A DNA stretch of 52,728 bases from assembly GCA_964504365.1 (NCBI GenBank), contig CAZDDW010000007.1, forward strand, positions 1-52,728, read 5' to 3'. Shown one piece after another: positions 27,705 to 36,202 of the stretch; within the stretch, counting starts at the first letter, position 1, and every line of letters begins with the position of its first letter. Origin of the DNA: an uncultured Gammaproteobacteria bacterium (lineage in GTDB: Bacteria; Patescibacteriota; Patescibacteriia; UBA9934; CAZDDW01). The notes beneath the pieces are model-generated. The model was not told where the DNA came from and searched no databases. It saw only the letters and a list, made by a program, of their open reading frames with translations. The translations under genes and the position numbers were made by a program.

Positions 27705-29438
27705 TTACACAGGTAAATTATCCGGTGTATTATCATCGTCTAAAATATTGTCACCTGCTGGAATATCCAAGGATGCGCTAGGATCGATTAAAATCCGAAT
27801 AGCGTCTGGGAGTTCAGATTTACCTTCGCTCTGAGCCTGCTTCACAGGCTCTGGTTTCGATACGGGCTCCACTTCCGGCTCAATCACAGACTCAATCGCA
27901 CCAGGAGTCTGAGCAGCCACCTCTGCAGTCAGCGGCTTAGTCGGCGCTTCAACTACTGGCAAATCAGGAGTCTCAACTTCAGGCTCAATAAACGGTTTAG
28001 CAGGCGTACCAGCCTGTGGCTCTTCATCCACGCCTTCAATTTCAAAATCCAAAGCACTTTCAGTTTTCGCGTCCGAAGCCGGGGTAAGCGAATGCTCTTC
28101 TTCCTCAGAAGCAAACCTGAGTTGTGGTGGTGGTTCAGCTCGTTTACTAACAGTCTTCTGGATCATTGGAGCCTTAATCAAAATTGATGGGAAGTGATAA
28201 AGCGTGGCCAACTCCTCAACGTTCAACACATACGGTGTTCCACCCTTGGTATGACTACGCGCCTTGTATGCTTGTAAAATTTTGTTTTGTTTACCGTGAT
28301 AAAACCACATGTGCCAGAAGTAATCACTCTTCTGACCAACCTTAGGCACAGTAAACATGGCATTCAAATCCAAGTGAGCATACTGACGGAAATACCCCTT
28401 AATCGTATCATTAATCAACTTTCGATTATAAACCTCCTTGCGAGCCAGATACATGTAACGAATCTTGCACTTAAAGCCTGACTTGGAAATCTTTTCATAA
28501 ACAGACTTAACCACAGACCGCTCTTGCTCAGTCACCTTAAACATCTTAAACATTTCTTCTTGAGCACTAGCAGATTTTTCTTCTGAAGGCTCTGCACCAG
28601 TTACCTCAGAAACCAATTCCTTTGGAATAGCCATAACCTGTCCGCCCAGCTCTTCAAAAAATCCTTTTTTCTTTTCATCCTTTAAACCAAATGTTTCCTT
28701 AATAAAAGCATCCCCGGCCTCTTTCCATTTATCTAAAGTCGGGATCAGAATAATCTGGATCCAAACCTGCTCTCCAGCCTTAAGCTGCGACAAAGCCTCA
28801 AGCAACGAACCAAGAGGATCCTTAAGCTCTTGCGACATGCTGTGTTCAAACATTTGCCATGTGCGAATTGGAAAATGTTCAGCCTTTTGCAAGCGATACT
28901 CATCACCGGTCATATCCCAATCGTCGTGTGGCATTTCGTCGGGCACAGCCTTGGTGTAATCCTCAGCTTCAAAAATTTCAGCATCTGGATATTGAGCATA
29001 GATGGCTGACTCAACCATGTTGCGATAACGAACATTGGTTCTGATGTAGTATTGAATGTATCCGTCGATTGAAACAATTTCTAAACTGAAAATTCTATAC
29101 TCCTGTCCTTCAATCCACTTGTCTTTGAAGTTTGGGATCTTAACGGTACCAGAAAGAACTGAGAAAATGTTTTCCACTGCCATTGGACTCTGTTCTGAAT
29201 CACGCGGCACGTTAATGGCTAGCAAAATATTTTCTTGCTTAGCATGCCACTGAATCTGTCGCTTGTCTTGCCAAACTTTTGCTATACCATAAAGGACAAC
29301 CAACAAAACAGGGATCCATCCAAGGTAGATCGAAACGTCACGCAAGATTTCGTCAATAGGTTGCGAAAAGATGTCAATTAAAAATCTTCCTGCGATGGTT
29401 TTTTCGAGGTAAGTAATAAACGGATCAAAAAAAGACAT
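27705..29438 (-). CDS. Membrane-anchored hypothetical protein, probable partner of the ATPases
   Basis: N-terminal TM; FSLEI, AIYAQYPDAEI and LNVEELATLYHFP motifs; Pro/Glu-rich tail; 3 nt from the ATPase start. Confidence 0.8.
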   Translation of the reverse strand: MSFFDPFITYLEKTIAGRFLIDIFSQPIDEILRDVSIYLGWIPVLLVVLYGIAKVWQDKRQIQWHAKQENILLAINVPRDSEQSPMAVENIFSVLSGTVKIPNFKDKWIEGQEYRIFSLEIVSIDGYIQYYIRTNVRYRNMVESAIYAQYPDAEIFEAEDYTKAVPDEMPHDDWDMTGDEYRLQKAEHFPIRTWQMFEHSMSQELKDPLGSLLEALSQLKAGEQVWIQIILIPTLDKWKEAGDAFIKETFGLKDEKKKGFFEELGGQVMAIPKELVSEVTGAEPSEEKSASAQEEMFKMFKVTEQERSVVKSVYEKISKSGFKCKIRYMYLARKEVYNRKLINDTIKGYFRQYAHLDLNAMFTVPKVGQKSDYFWHMWFYHGKQNKILQAYKARSHTKGGTPYVLNVEELATLYHFPSILIKAPMIQKTVSKRAEPPPQLRFASEEEEHSLTPASDAKTESALDFEIEGVDEEPQAGTPAKPFIEPEVETPDLPVVEAPTKPLTAEVAAQTPGAIESVIEPEVEPVSKPEPVKQAQSEGKSELPDAIRILIDPSASLDIPAGDNILDDDNTPDNLPV

Positions 29439-29495
29439 AGTTTGGACAAATTATACCATGTCTTAACCTAAATCTTAAGTTAAATTATAAACAGG

Positions 29496-30377
29496 TCATT
29501 TTCGAAAGCGCTCCCAGGCCACAAGCAGTGGTGAAGCAAGGAAAATTGAGCTGTAAGTTCCGCTAATTATACCTATAATTAGGGCTAATGCGAAGTGTCG
29601 GATAGTGTCACCACCAAAAATGAATACCGCAATTAAAACAAGCAATGTGGTGATTGAGGTATTCAGCGAACGAGTCAAAGTCTGATTAACACTTCGATTA
29701 ACAATACTTGGGAAGGTTTCACTAGAATCGATTTCAGACAAATTTTCACGAGTGCGATCGAATACAACAATTGAATCATTGATTGAGTAACCAAGAATAG
29801 TTAACAACGCGGCAACGAATGCAGTGTCGATTTGATAACCAAGGAAATGTCCAAGAACAGCAAAGACACCGATTGGAATAATCAAATCATGCATTGCTGC
29901 AACAATAGTTAACAACCCATACTTCCAAGAAGCAACTGGCTTGGAAACTTTTCTAAATGCCCAAGCGATGTATAACAAGATCAAAACCAAAGCAGCAACA
30001 ATGGCCCATAAAGCCTTGTTGCGCATCTCTTCTCCGATCACAGGACCAATCATGTCAAAACGCAGCTCTTCAATCGCACCATACTTAGTTTCTAATCCAG
30101 CCAACAACTCTTGATGCTCGTCTTCGCTCAAAGTTCCTAAACGGACAATGTAGTCTTCCCCACTTGGCTGTACACGCGCGGCCTCAAATCCAAGTTCCTC
30201 GATAGCACCACGTAGCTCAGACACACTTGTCTCGCTCTCGATATTCAACTCAGTCAAACTTCCACCAGTAAAATCAATTCCGAAATTCATTCCAAACACA
30301 GCAACAGCAAGAACACTAATTAAAATCAATGTTCCAGAGATACTAAACCAAATTTTTCGTTTTCCAATAATCTGCAT
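29496..30377 (-). CDS. secF: Protein translocase subunit SecF
   Basis: GIDFTGG, GYSINDSIVVFDR, GTYSSIF; start moved to ATG 30377. Confidence 0.96.
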   Translation of the reverse strand: MQIIGKRKIWFSISGTLILISVLAVAVFGMNFGIDFTGGSLTELNIESETSVSELRGAIEELGFEAARVQPSGEDYIVRLGTLSEDEHQELLAGLETKYGAIEELRFDMIGPVIGEEMRNKALWAIVAALVLILLYIAWAFRKVSKPVASWKYGLLTIVAAMHDLIIPIGVFAVLGHFLGYQIDTAFVAALLTILGYSINDSIVVFDRTRENLSEIDSSETFPSIVNRSVNQTLTRSLNTSITTLLVLIAVFIFGGDTIRHFALALIIGIISGTYSSIFLASPLLVAWERFRK

Positions 30378-30378
30378 A

Positions 30379-32385
30379 TTATTCTTGTGAATCTCTCTTA
30401 ACTCCGTACAGCCCCAACGGCTTAGCCCATTTCCAACCAGCAATCAAACGCAACCAAACTCGGGTAACAGTGATCGCAGTAAACATGCTCAGTAAAATAC
30501 CAATAGACAGAGTTAAAGCAAATCCTTTAATAAAGCTGGTACTAAACCAGAACAGGACTGCTGCAGCGATCAAGGTGGTCAAGTTCCCATCACGAATCGA
30601 AGTCCAGGCCCGCTTAAAGCCTTCATCAATCGCGCCAAGCACGTCACGCCCTGACTTAAGCTCTTCTCTAAATCGTTCAAAAATAAGCACATTAGCATCC
30701 ACAGCCATTCCAATAGACAAGATAAATCCTGCAATACCAGCCAAAGTCACAGTCACATCAAGCATCTTATACACAGCCAGGTTAAACGCGGTGTACATTA
30801 CCAAGGCTAACACAGCAAATAAGCCTGGGAGTCGATAATAAGCGATCATGTATAAGGCAACAAAAGCAAAACCGATCAAAGCAGCAATAATGCTCTTTTC
30901 AAGCGAGATCTGTCCCAAAGTTGGCCCAACTGTTTGTTGACTCATTAAATCCAGCGGAACTGGTAAAGCACCTGCATTTAGTCGCTGAGCCAGTAATTTA
31001 GCTTCTTCAACTGTGAACTGTCCTGTAATCACTGCTTGGCCACCATAGATCGCAGACTGCACGGTTGGTGTGGTGATTGCTTCTCCGTCTAAGAAAATAG
31101 CGATTGGCTGGCCAATTAGTCGTTCAGTTAACTCACCAAATAAATTATCCCCTTCTCCATTAAAATTAATAGAAACATGTGGGGCTCCAGTGGTTTGATC
31201 AAATTCTACGTTTGCTCTTGTCAGATGCCGACCGGAAAGTTCAGTGTTTTTCCAAGGAGACGCCGGAGGAAACATGTCAGTCTTACTGGTGTATGGCATC
31301 AGGATTCGTGAAATGTTGTATACGGTTGCGGCTTGTGCGTCGCGTTTGTAAATAATGTGATAACCAAATTCTGTTTCAACCACGTCTGAGACAGCACCAA
31401 TTTCAGTTGCCACTGCAGCTAGTTCAAAAGCTGGAACAGTCTGCCCTGGCTGAACCCAATCCAAATCTCCACCATTCCCTACCCCTGACGGATCATCTGT
31501 GTTCTCATTGGCCAGCTGAGCAAAATTATCAGCTGTTGCCTGTTCTTTCAGATTGTTAATCAACAATGAAGCATCAAGTGCTTCGCGATCACTTTGACAA
31601 CCAGTCTTCCCTTCAAAACAAACCAAGATGTGTGAGAGTTGCATTTCTTCACTTTCTTCTGTTCCATCAAAACGGACGATATTTGTTCCCTCATCGTTTT
31701 CAACTAAGTTCGGCAAAATACGACCTTCCCATGACCAAGAATCAATAGCTGATACAAGTTCACCAAAAACATAGTGATCTGCTGAAATCCCCTTCAGTGC
31801 CCCGTTATCAGACGAGGTCATGGTGTCAATCGAATTCTCAGTTACCAAAGCATTCCAGTCTTCTCCAGCGACCGCTCGATTTAAAATAACCTGAGCAGCA
31901 GCCTCTTCTTCCATATTCAACATTGTCAACTGGGATAACTCATCAGCAGTTGGCACATAATCCGTTTCGTAAGATGGTTCTTTAAATTCAAGAATCGGGG
32001 TTTCCCCGATCAGGTTAATCGCTTCGTTTACATCTAAAACACCAGCCAGCTCTATAATCACTCGATATGAATCATTGGAAATAGTGGTTTGAACAACTGG
32101 CTCAGAAACACCAAAAGCATTCACCCGGCGCTCAATTACGTCTTTAACACCCTCAAGCGCGCTAACCCTATCATCACCTGGAATCTCGCTCATATCAGCC
32201 TCATATACTAAGTGTGTACCACCTTGCAGATCAAGACCGAGCCGGAACGGAGTACTTGTGGAAAAAACAAAAGTTGCACATAAAATAAAAAGAACTGCAG
32301 TAGCTACTACAGTAAAATAAGTTCGGCTGCGGGTTGAGCGAACCGGTTGTGCGTACTTACTAGTCGGCGTTCGGTGATATTTCAT
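30379..32385 (-). CDS. secD: Protein translocase subunit SecD with inserted parvulin (PpiC) domain(s)
   Basis: LGLDLQGG, GALPVP, GMAVDANVLIFER; internal SHILV..GGDLDW..ETEFGYHII. Confidence 0.95.
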   Translation of the reverse strand: MKYHRTPTSKYAQPVRSTRSRTYFTVVATAVLFILCATFVFSTSTPFRLGLDLQGGTHLVYEADMSEIPGDDRVSALEGVKDVIERRVNAFGVSEPVVQTTISNDSYRVIIELAGVLDVNEAINLIGETPILEFKEPSYETDYVPTADELSQLTMLNMEEEAAAQVILNRAVAGEDWNALVTENSIDTMTSSDNGALKGISADHYVFGELVSAIDSWSWEGRILPNLVENDEGTNIVRFDGTEESEEMQLSHILVCFEGKTGCQSDREALDASLLINNLKEQATADNFAQLANENTDDPSGVGNGGDLDWVQPGQTVPAFELAAVATEIGAVSDVVETEFGYHIIYKRDAQAATVYNISRILMPYTSKTDMFPPASPWKNTELSGRHLTRANVEFDQTTGAPHVSINFNGEGDNLFGELTERLIGQPIAIFLDGEAITTPTVQSAIYGGQAVITGQFTVEEAKLLAQRLNAGALPVPLDLMSQQTVGPTLGQISLEKSIIAALIGFAFVALYMIAYYRLPGLFAVLALVMYTAFNLAVYKMLDVTVTLAGIAGFILSIGMAVDANVLIFERFREELKSGRDVLGAIDEGFKRAWTSIRDGNLTTLIAAAVLFWFSTSFIKGFALTLSIGILLSMFTAITVTRVWLRLIAGWKWAKPLGLYGVKRDSQE

Positions 32386-32397
32386 ACGTCGCCCTGC

Positions 32398-32426
32398 ATT
32401 CTACTTAATATGAGAAAAAAAGGCAA
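32398..32426 (-). promoter_or_regulatory. sigma70-type promoter of secDF
   Basis: TTGCCT-17-TAGAAT, 12 nt before the ATG. Confidence 0.6.
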
Positions 32427-32436
32427 CCTGAACCGC

Positions 32437-32652
32437 AGGCCGGCCACTTCTCTTGCCGTAAGAAGCAAGGGCCGAAGGGTTTTTAATTGTGGCACACTCC
32501 GAGGCCGTGCTTTCAAACCTTAACTCCGATCTAATACCTTTGGTTAATGTCACGGCCTTGGCGTGAGCGAGGCAATGATCATACTTGACTTAACCACCCT
32601 GCTGGCCGAGCGTTGACCACAATAAAAACCCTGAGGCTCCCCGTGGCCGGCC
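32437..32652 (+). other. ~215-nt long imperfect stem-loop element (ncRNA or MITE-like)
   Basis: Nested pairings GGCCGGCCAC/GTGGCCGGCC, AGGGTTTTT-ATTGTGG/CCACAAT-AAAAACCCT, CCGAGGCCGTG/CACGGCCTTGG; G-U pairs favour the + strand. Confidence 0.6.
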
Positions 32653-32656
32653 AAAG

Positions 32657-32681
32657 AAAAAACCCGACCGTCAAGTCGGGT
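32657..32681 (-). terminator. Intrinsic terminator
   Basis: CCCGAC/GTCGGG hairpin with a T-run on the minus strand after the 32689 stop. Confidence 0.75.
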
Positions 32682-32688
32682 GTAGAGT

Positions 32689-34056
32689 CTAGTCCTCAGA
32701 CATGACTTCGTCCAGGTCTGGGTCATCACCAGGAGGCATCACTATCTCAGGCTGCTCCCAGTCAGTGTTGACGTTGTACATCGTCCACTGGTTGTCAACA
32801 AAGATCTGACAAAGCGCAAGGTAGCGCTCACGATCACTTCGTCTCAACCAGAGCAATGCATTATCTGCCTTCGGAACCACAACGTGTAGATCACCTACTG
32901 CGGGATCGAAGATAAAGCCAAGCTGACTCAACAGTTCGGCCAGCTTGCGGACCTCCACCTTGGCCAGGATCTGACGGATCAAGTCCTCTTCCAAAGCGGT
33001 CAACTCGACCCTCAGCTGCCCTGCAACCTGGCGCGGTCGTCCACGAATCGCCTGTTGAAGTCGAAGGCGATTGTCTTCTTTGGGCGATCCGGTCAGAGCA
33101 AAGTCTTCAATGTCTTCACCTTCGTTTTCGAGCTCGAATGCTTCTACACCATCGTAGTACAGACTATCACTGAGCAACAACCGAACACGATAGCTGGCTT
33201 CTGGAAAGCTAGACTCACTGGTCAACAGATCATTTAGCTCCTTTAGCCCACCTTCGAGCTGACGCATCCACCAGGACGGATCTTTGATCGAACGCAAGCG
33301 AACGGACGAGAACCAGGCGCGAATTCGACTACACGTCCCTGGCTTGATCCCGTCAGCATCAACATGCTCATCACGAAAACGGATCACGTCTGCCAGCTCA
33401 AGCACCCTGGGCTCATCGTACAACCCAATGGCCACAGCCAAGGTCTCGATAAGCATGTCCAGAGCATTCTCGTGTACCAGTCGTGCATCCTGGGGCTGAA
33501 AACGGAGCTCAGCCAGCAAAGATGCTTCCAAATGGAGCCGACGTACCGCAGATATTTCAGGAGCGACCTCAGACCAAGGTAACGGATCGGACAGATCAGA
33601 AACCCGTTCTAGCTGATCCCCCAACATTGCGTTTGCCACAATATCAGCCCCAAGTAACCGGGCTTGTGAGGTCAACTGACCTCCAACCAGATCGTCGCAC
33701 ATGTCACGAGCCACCTGAGCTCGCCGGACCAAACAATCACCAGCCTGATCAACCAACACAGACAGTTCATGCTCAGTAATATAGTCAGCACAGGCAGCCA
33801 GATTGCGATTGAGCGGAATTCGCTCTTCGAGCAAGATCGAAAGAGAATCGACCAGCTTGTTGGCAATGGACCGCACCAAGCGATTATTCGGCGCTACCCC
33901 ATCTGCTGCCTCAAAAGCGTATCTTTCGGCTGTCTCGAACAAGTTGACTATCCACTCATCCAAGATCATTCCACGCTCAAGGGCGTAATTCAGTGCTTGC
34001 ACAAACAATGGTGAATCCGGTGAAGGAATCTCCCATGGTAAAGCAACTTGATTCAT
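32689..34056 (-). CDS. Hypothetical helical protein (455 aa)
   Basis: Long ORF; start moved to ATG 34056 after GAGGT; no family recognised. Confidence 0.75.
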   Translation of the reverse strand: MNQVALPWEIPSPDSPLFVQALNYALERGMILDEWIVNLFETAERYAFEAADGVAPNNRLVRSIANKLVDSLSILLEERIPLNRNLAACADYITEHELSVLVDQAGDCLVRRAQVARDMCDDLVGGQLTSQARLLGADIVANAMLGDQLERVSDLSDPLPWSEVAPEISAVRRLHLEASLLAELRFQPQDARLVHENALDMLIETLAVAIGLYDEPRVLELADVIRFRDEHVDADGIKPGTCSRIRAWFSSVRLRSIKDPSWWMRQLEGGLKELNDLLTSESSFPEASYRVRLLLSDSLYYDGVEAFELENEGEDIEDFALTGSPKEDNRLRLQQAIRGRPRQVAGQLRVELTALEEDLIRQILAKVEVRKLAELLSQLGFIFDPAVGDLHVVVPKADNALLWLRRSDRERYLALCQIFVDNQWTMYNVNTDWEQPEIVMPPGDDPDLDEVMSED

Positions 34057-34114
34057 GATTACCTCGGTTGAAAATACCCCTGACCAGTCGTATGGCCAAG
34101 GGCATGAGTCGGTC

Positions 34115-35203
34115 CTATTCGCTGCCAGAACCGATCTGGACGACAAAGTCGCCTTGATCGATCACAGCGATCTCTCGTTCCAGACAAGCGCGATAGAGCA
34201 CTTGCCAGAGCTTGGTCAGATGACTGGGATTGGGACGACACTCGCCTTTGAGCATGCCCACGACCACCTGTGGCGGCCAGTCGAAGATCTGTTCCAAGTC
34301 CTCTGGGGCCAGGTGCTGGCGGGCAACCAAGGTCCGAATACGGGCCAGGAAGCTAATCCAGTCGCCACGCCAACCATCCCTGTGTCGCCGTAAGCGAACC
34401 ATCTCTTTGGAGCTGTCGTAACTGCCCTGCAGGCCCTCGAGGCCGCGCCGAAGCACGAACTCGCTGACCATGCGATGAAACAGGTCCGGTGCCTCTTCGT
34501 GCATGGCATCGACCACTATACGAACACGCTCATCTTCGACAATCAACTGATCCGGTGTGAGCAGACCAGCCTCATTGGCCAGCGCGGTCAAACCAGAGCC
34601 TTCGACTGTGCTGTGGGCCATGTATTCATCAGCAATGTCCGGCGCAGCCACGGTGTGTGTCTGGGTCGGATCCAGGTACTTACCGAAGCCTCGGCTTTTC
34701 TGGGCTCGAATCTGAGTCCCGACCGTCCGGGCTACCAGCCCCTGATCAGAAGCTTCGAGAAAGGCCAAGAAGCGCTTCGGAACGAACTCGATCAACGAGC
34801 TGAGAAAGTCGATCGCCAGGTCGCCCTTGGGTTTGCGCTGACCACCCTTGGTGGTCCGGAAAACCGAAACCTTGAAAACCTCGGCTAAACGTCTCGGCGG
34901 AATGATCTCGAATGCCTCGGCACCGAATTCATCACCACCCTGACCGCCAAGGGCCAAGCGCAACGTATTTACCGGAACACTGCGCACGAGCTCTTCACGA
35001 TGAATGCTCAGTCGAATGATCCGTGCTTTCATCTCCGGCGCGGCCCGTCGAATGATCAGTTCGTGTTCTGCGGGACTGAATCCCTGTAACTGAATGGCGA
35101 TCTGGACATCATCCATATCATCGAGTTCGACAGCAACCTGGCCGGCCGACATGATAGTCAGCGGTCTTGCGATTGGAAGGAGCCTTTTCTTGTCTTCTGC
35201 CAC
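34115..35203 (-). CDS. Hypothetical protein with possible C-terminal XRE-like HTH
   Basis: GTG 35203 after GGAGG; C-terminal LAPEDLEQIFDWPPQVVVGMLKGECRPNPSHL resembles an HTH; N-terminus weakly recalls DUF6178-like proteins. Confidence 0.7.
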   Translation of the reverse strand: MAEDKKRLLPIARPLTIMSAGQVAVELDDMDDVQIAIQLQGFSPAEHELIIRRAAPEMKARIIRLSIHREELVRSVPVNTLRLALGGQGGDEFGAEAFEIIPPRRLAEVFKVSVFRTTKGGQRKPKGDLAIDFLSSLIEFVPKRFLAFLEASDQGLVARTVGTQIRAQKSRGFGKYLDPTQTHTVAAPDIADEYMAHSTVEGSGLTALANEAGLLTPDQLIVEDERVRIVVDAMHEEAPDLFHRMVSEFVLRRGLEGLQGSYDSSKEMVRLRRHRDGWRGDWISFLARIRTLVARQHLAPEDLEQIFDWPPQVVVGMLKGECRPNPSHLTKLWQVLYRACLEREIAVIDQGDFVVQIGSGSE

Positions 35204-35233
35204 GTTGTCCTCCGTTGGTGAACAGGGAAATAA

Positions 35234-35260
35234 ATTATCATGGTCATCATCCTTTGTCAA
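35234..35260 (-). promoter_or_regulatory. Promoter of the two-gene operon, divergent from the RNA cluster
   Basis: TTGACA..GATAAT on the minus strand. Confidence 0.55.
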
Positions 35261-35308
35261 GTATTTACCCAAAAATTAGCTAAAAAATGCCGATATTTTA
35301 AGTAAGGG

Positions 35309-35337
35309 TTGACAGATTTAAACAGATGCTATATAAT
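35309..35337 (+). promoter_or_regulatory. Perfect-consensus sigma70 promoter P1
   Basis: TTGACA-17-TATAAT. Confidence 0.85.
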
Positions 35338-35343
35338 TCTGCT

Positions 35344-35767
35344 CGCGACTCGCAATTTGCGAGGCCTGAGGCAGGTTTCTGGGTAAAATGGAGCTTCGGA
35401 TGTGCTGACGAAAGTCATAAAACTTAGTCCTGATAGATAACGGGTAAAATCAGGCTGCTCTTCGGAGCATATGGAGCCAGTTGTTTCGACGGCTGGTCCA
35501 CGAGGATCCCGATAGGCCGACCGGGTAACACCGGTGCAACCTGACCGACGGAACGTGCCGGCGATTCAACCCCGCTTCTGAGGCGGGTACGCTGCGGCAC
35601 TACAACCGACGATCTCCGAACTCCTACTGGTGTCTCCAAGCACCAGTACCCAGAAACCTGCCACCATATAGGGAGGGTACCCAATAAAGCAACGTTACCC
35701 ATGCGTTAGCCTAAGGTATTACCTCCCGACCAAACTTCTCGACCCCACCTCAGGGGTCTTTTTCTTT
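35344..35767 (+). ncRNA. Candidate structured ncRNA 1 (~420 nt)
   Basis: P1 to terminator; perfect 16-bp helix 35370-35385/35647-35662; GAAA, UUCG and GUAAC hairpins; no + strand ORF in the track. Confidence 0.65.
35740..35767 (+). terminator. Intrinsic terminator T1
   Basis: GACCCC/GGGGTC + T-run; identical 28-mer at 36124-36151. Confidence 0.85.
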
Positions 35768-35770
35768 AGC

Positions 35771-35799
35771 TTGACCAAAAACGCGTCGCTTGCTAGGAT
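35771..35799 (+). promoter_or_regulatory. sigma70 promoter P2
   Basis: TTGACC-17-TAGGAT with extended -10 TG. Confidence 0.7.
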
Positions 35800-35805
35800 A
35801 TCCGT

Positions 35806-36151
35806 GATGTTTAGGAAGAAACACCAGAGGATGGTGCTTTAGGGAATGTCAGGTACCTGAAGTAGCCGGTGCTATGCGCTCTTTGAGCGCGGTGACAATG
35901 AGCTGTGCGTCTTGGCGGAGCGAATACGCGAAGAAACCGAAACACACAAAGCGCTTGTCATGCGAGGAAATAAGCCAACCTCATCCATCCCCCTGACTAC
36001 GTTGGGAAATCCTCTCTGATAACGAACCTTGAACGTCAGTGGGCTCCTGAACGGAGTTGCCCCCTTTCTAGGAGCCCACACACCTACTCCACCCTGAGTT
36101 TATCGAAGGGTGATTCTCATCTCCGACCCCACCTCAGGGGTCTTTTTCTTT
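35806..36151 (+). ncRNA. Candidate structured ncRNA 2 (~345 nt)
   Basis: P2 to terminator; pairings AGAGGAT/ATCCTCT, GTCAGG/CCTGAC, GCGCTC/GAGCGC, TGACAA/TTGTCA, GTGGGCTCCT/AGGAGCCCAC. Confidence 0.6.
36124..36151 (+). terminator. Intrinsic terminator T2 (identical to T1)
   Basis: Exact 28-nt repeat of 35740-35767. Confidence 0.85.
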
Positions 36152-36167
36152 CTGTGGATAACTAGAT

Positions 36168-36196
36168 TTGACAAGGTTTTAACTCTTGTGTAGACT
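36168..36196 (+). promoter_or_regulatory. sigma70 promoter P3
   Basis: TTGACA-17-TAGACT; TGTGGATAA (DnaA-box consensus) at 36153-36161. Confidence 0.75.
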
Positions 36197-36202
36197 GCGC
36201 AT

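Noticed and set aside
24322-29438. Conjugative element or prophage
   Set aside because: No relaxase, VirB scaffold, integrase or phage structural genes; the ATPases follow secDF in apparently chromosomal context.
35344-35767. RNase P RNA (because of GGGTAACACC) or hammerhead ribozyme (CTGACGA)
   Set aside because: The GAGGAAAGUCC and AGAACCCGGCUUA elements are missing; CTGACGAAAGTCA is simply a GAAA-capped hairpin.
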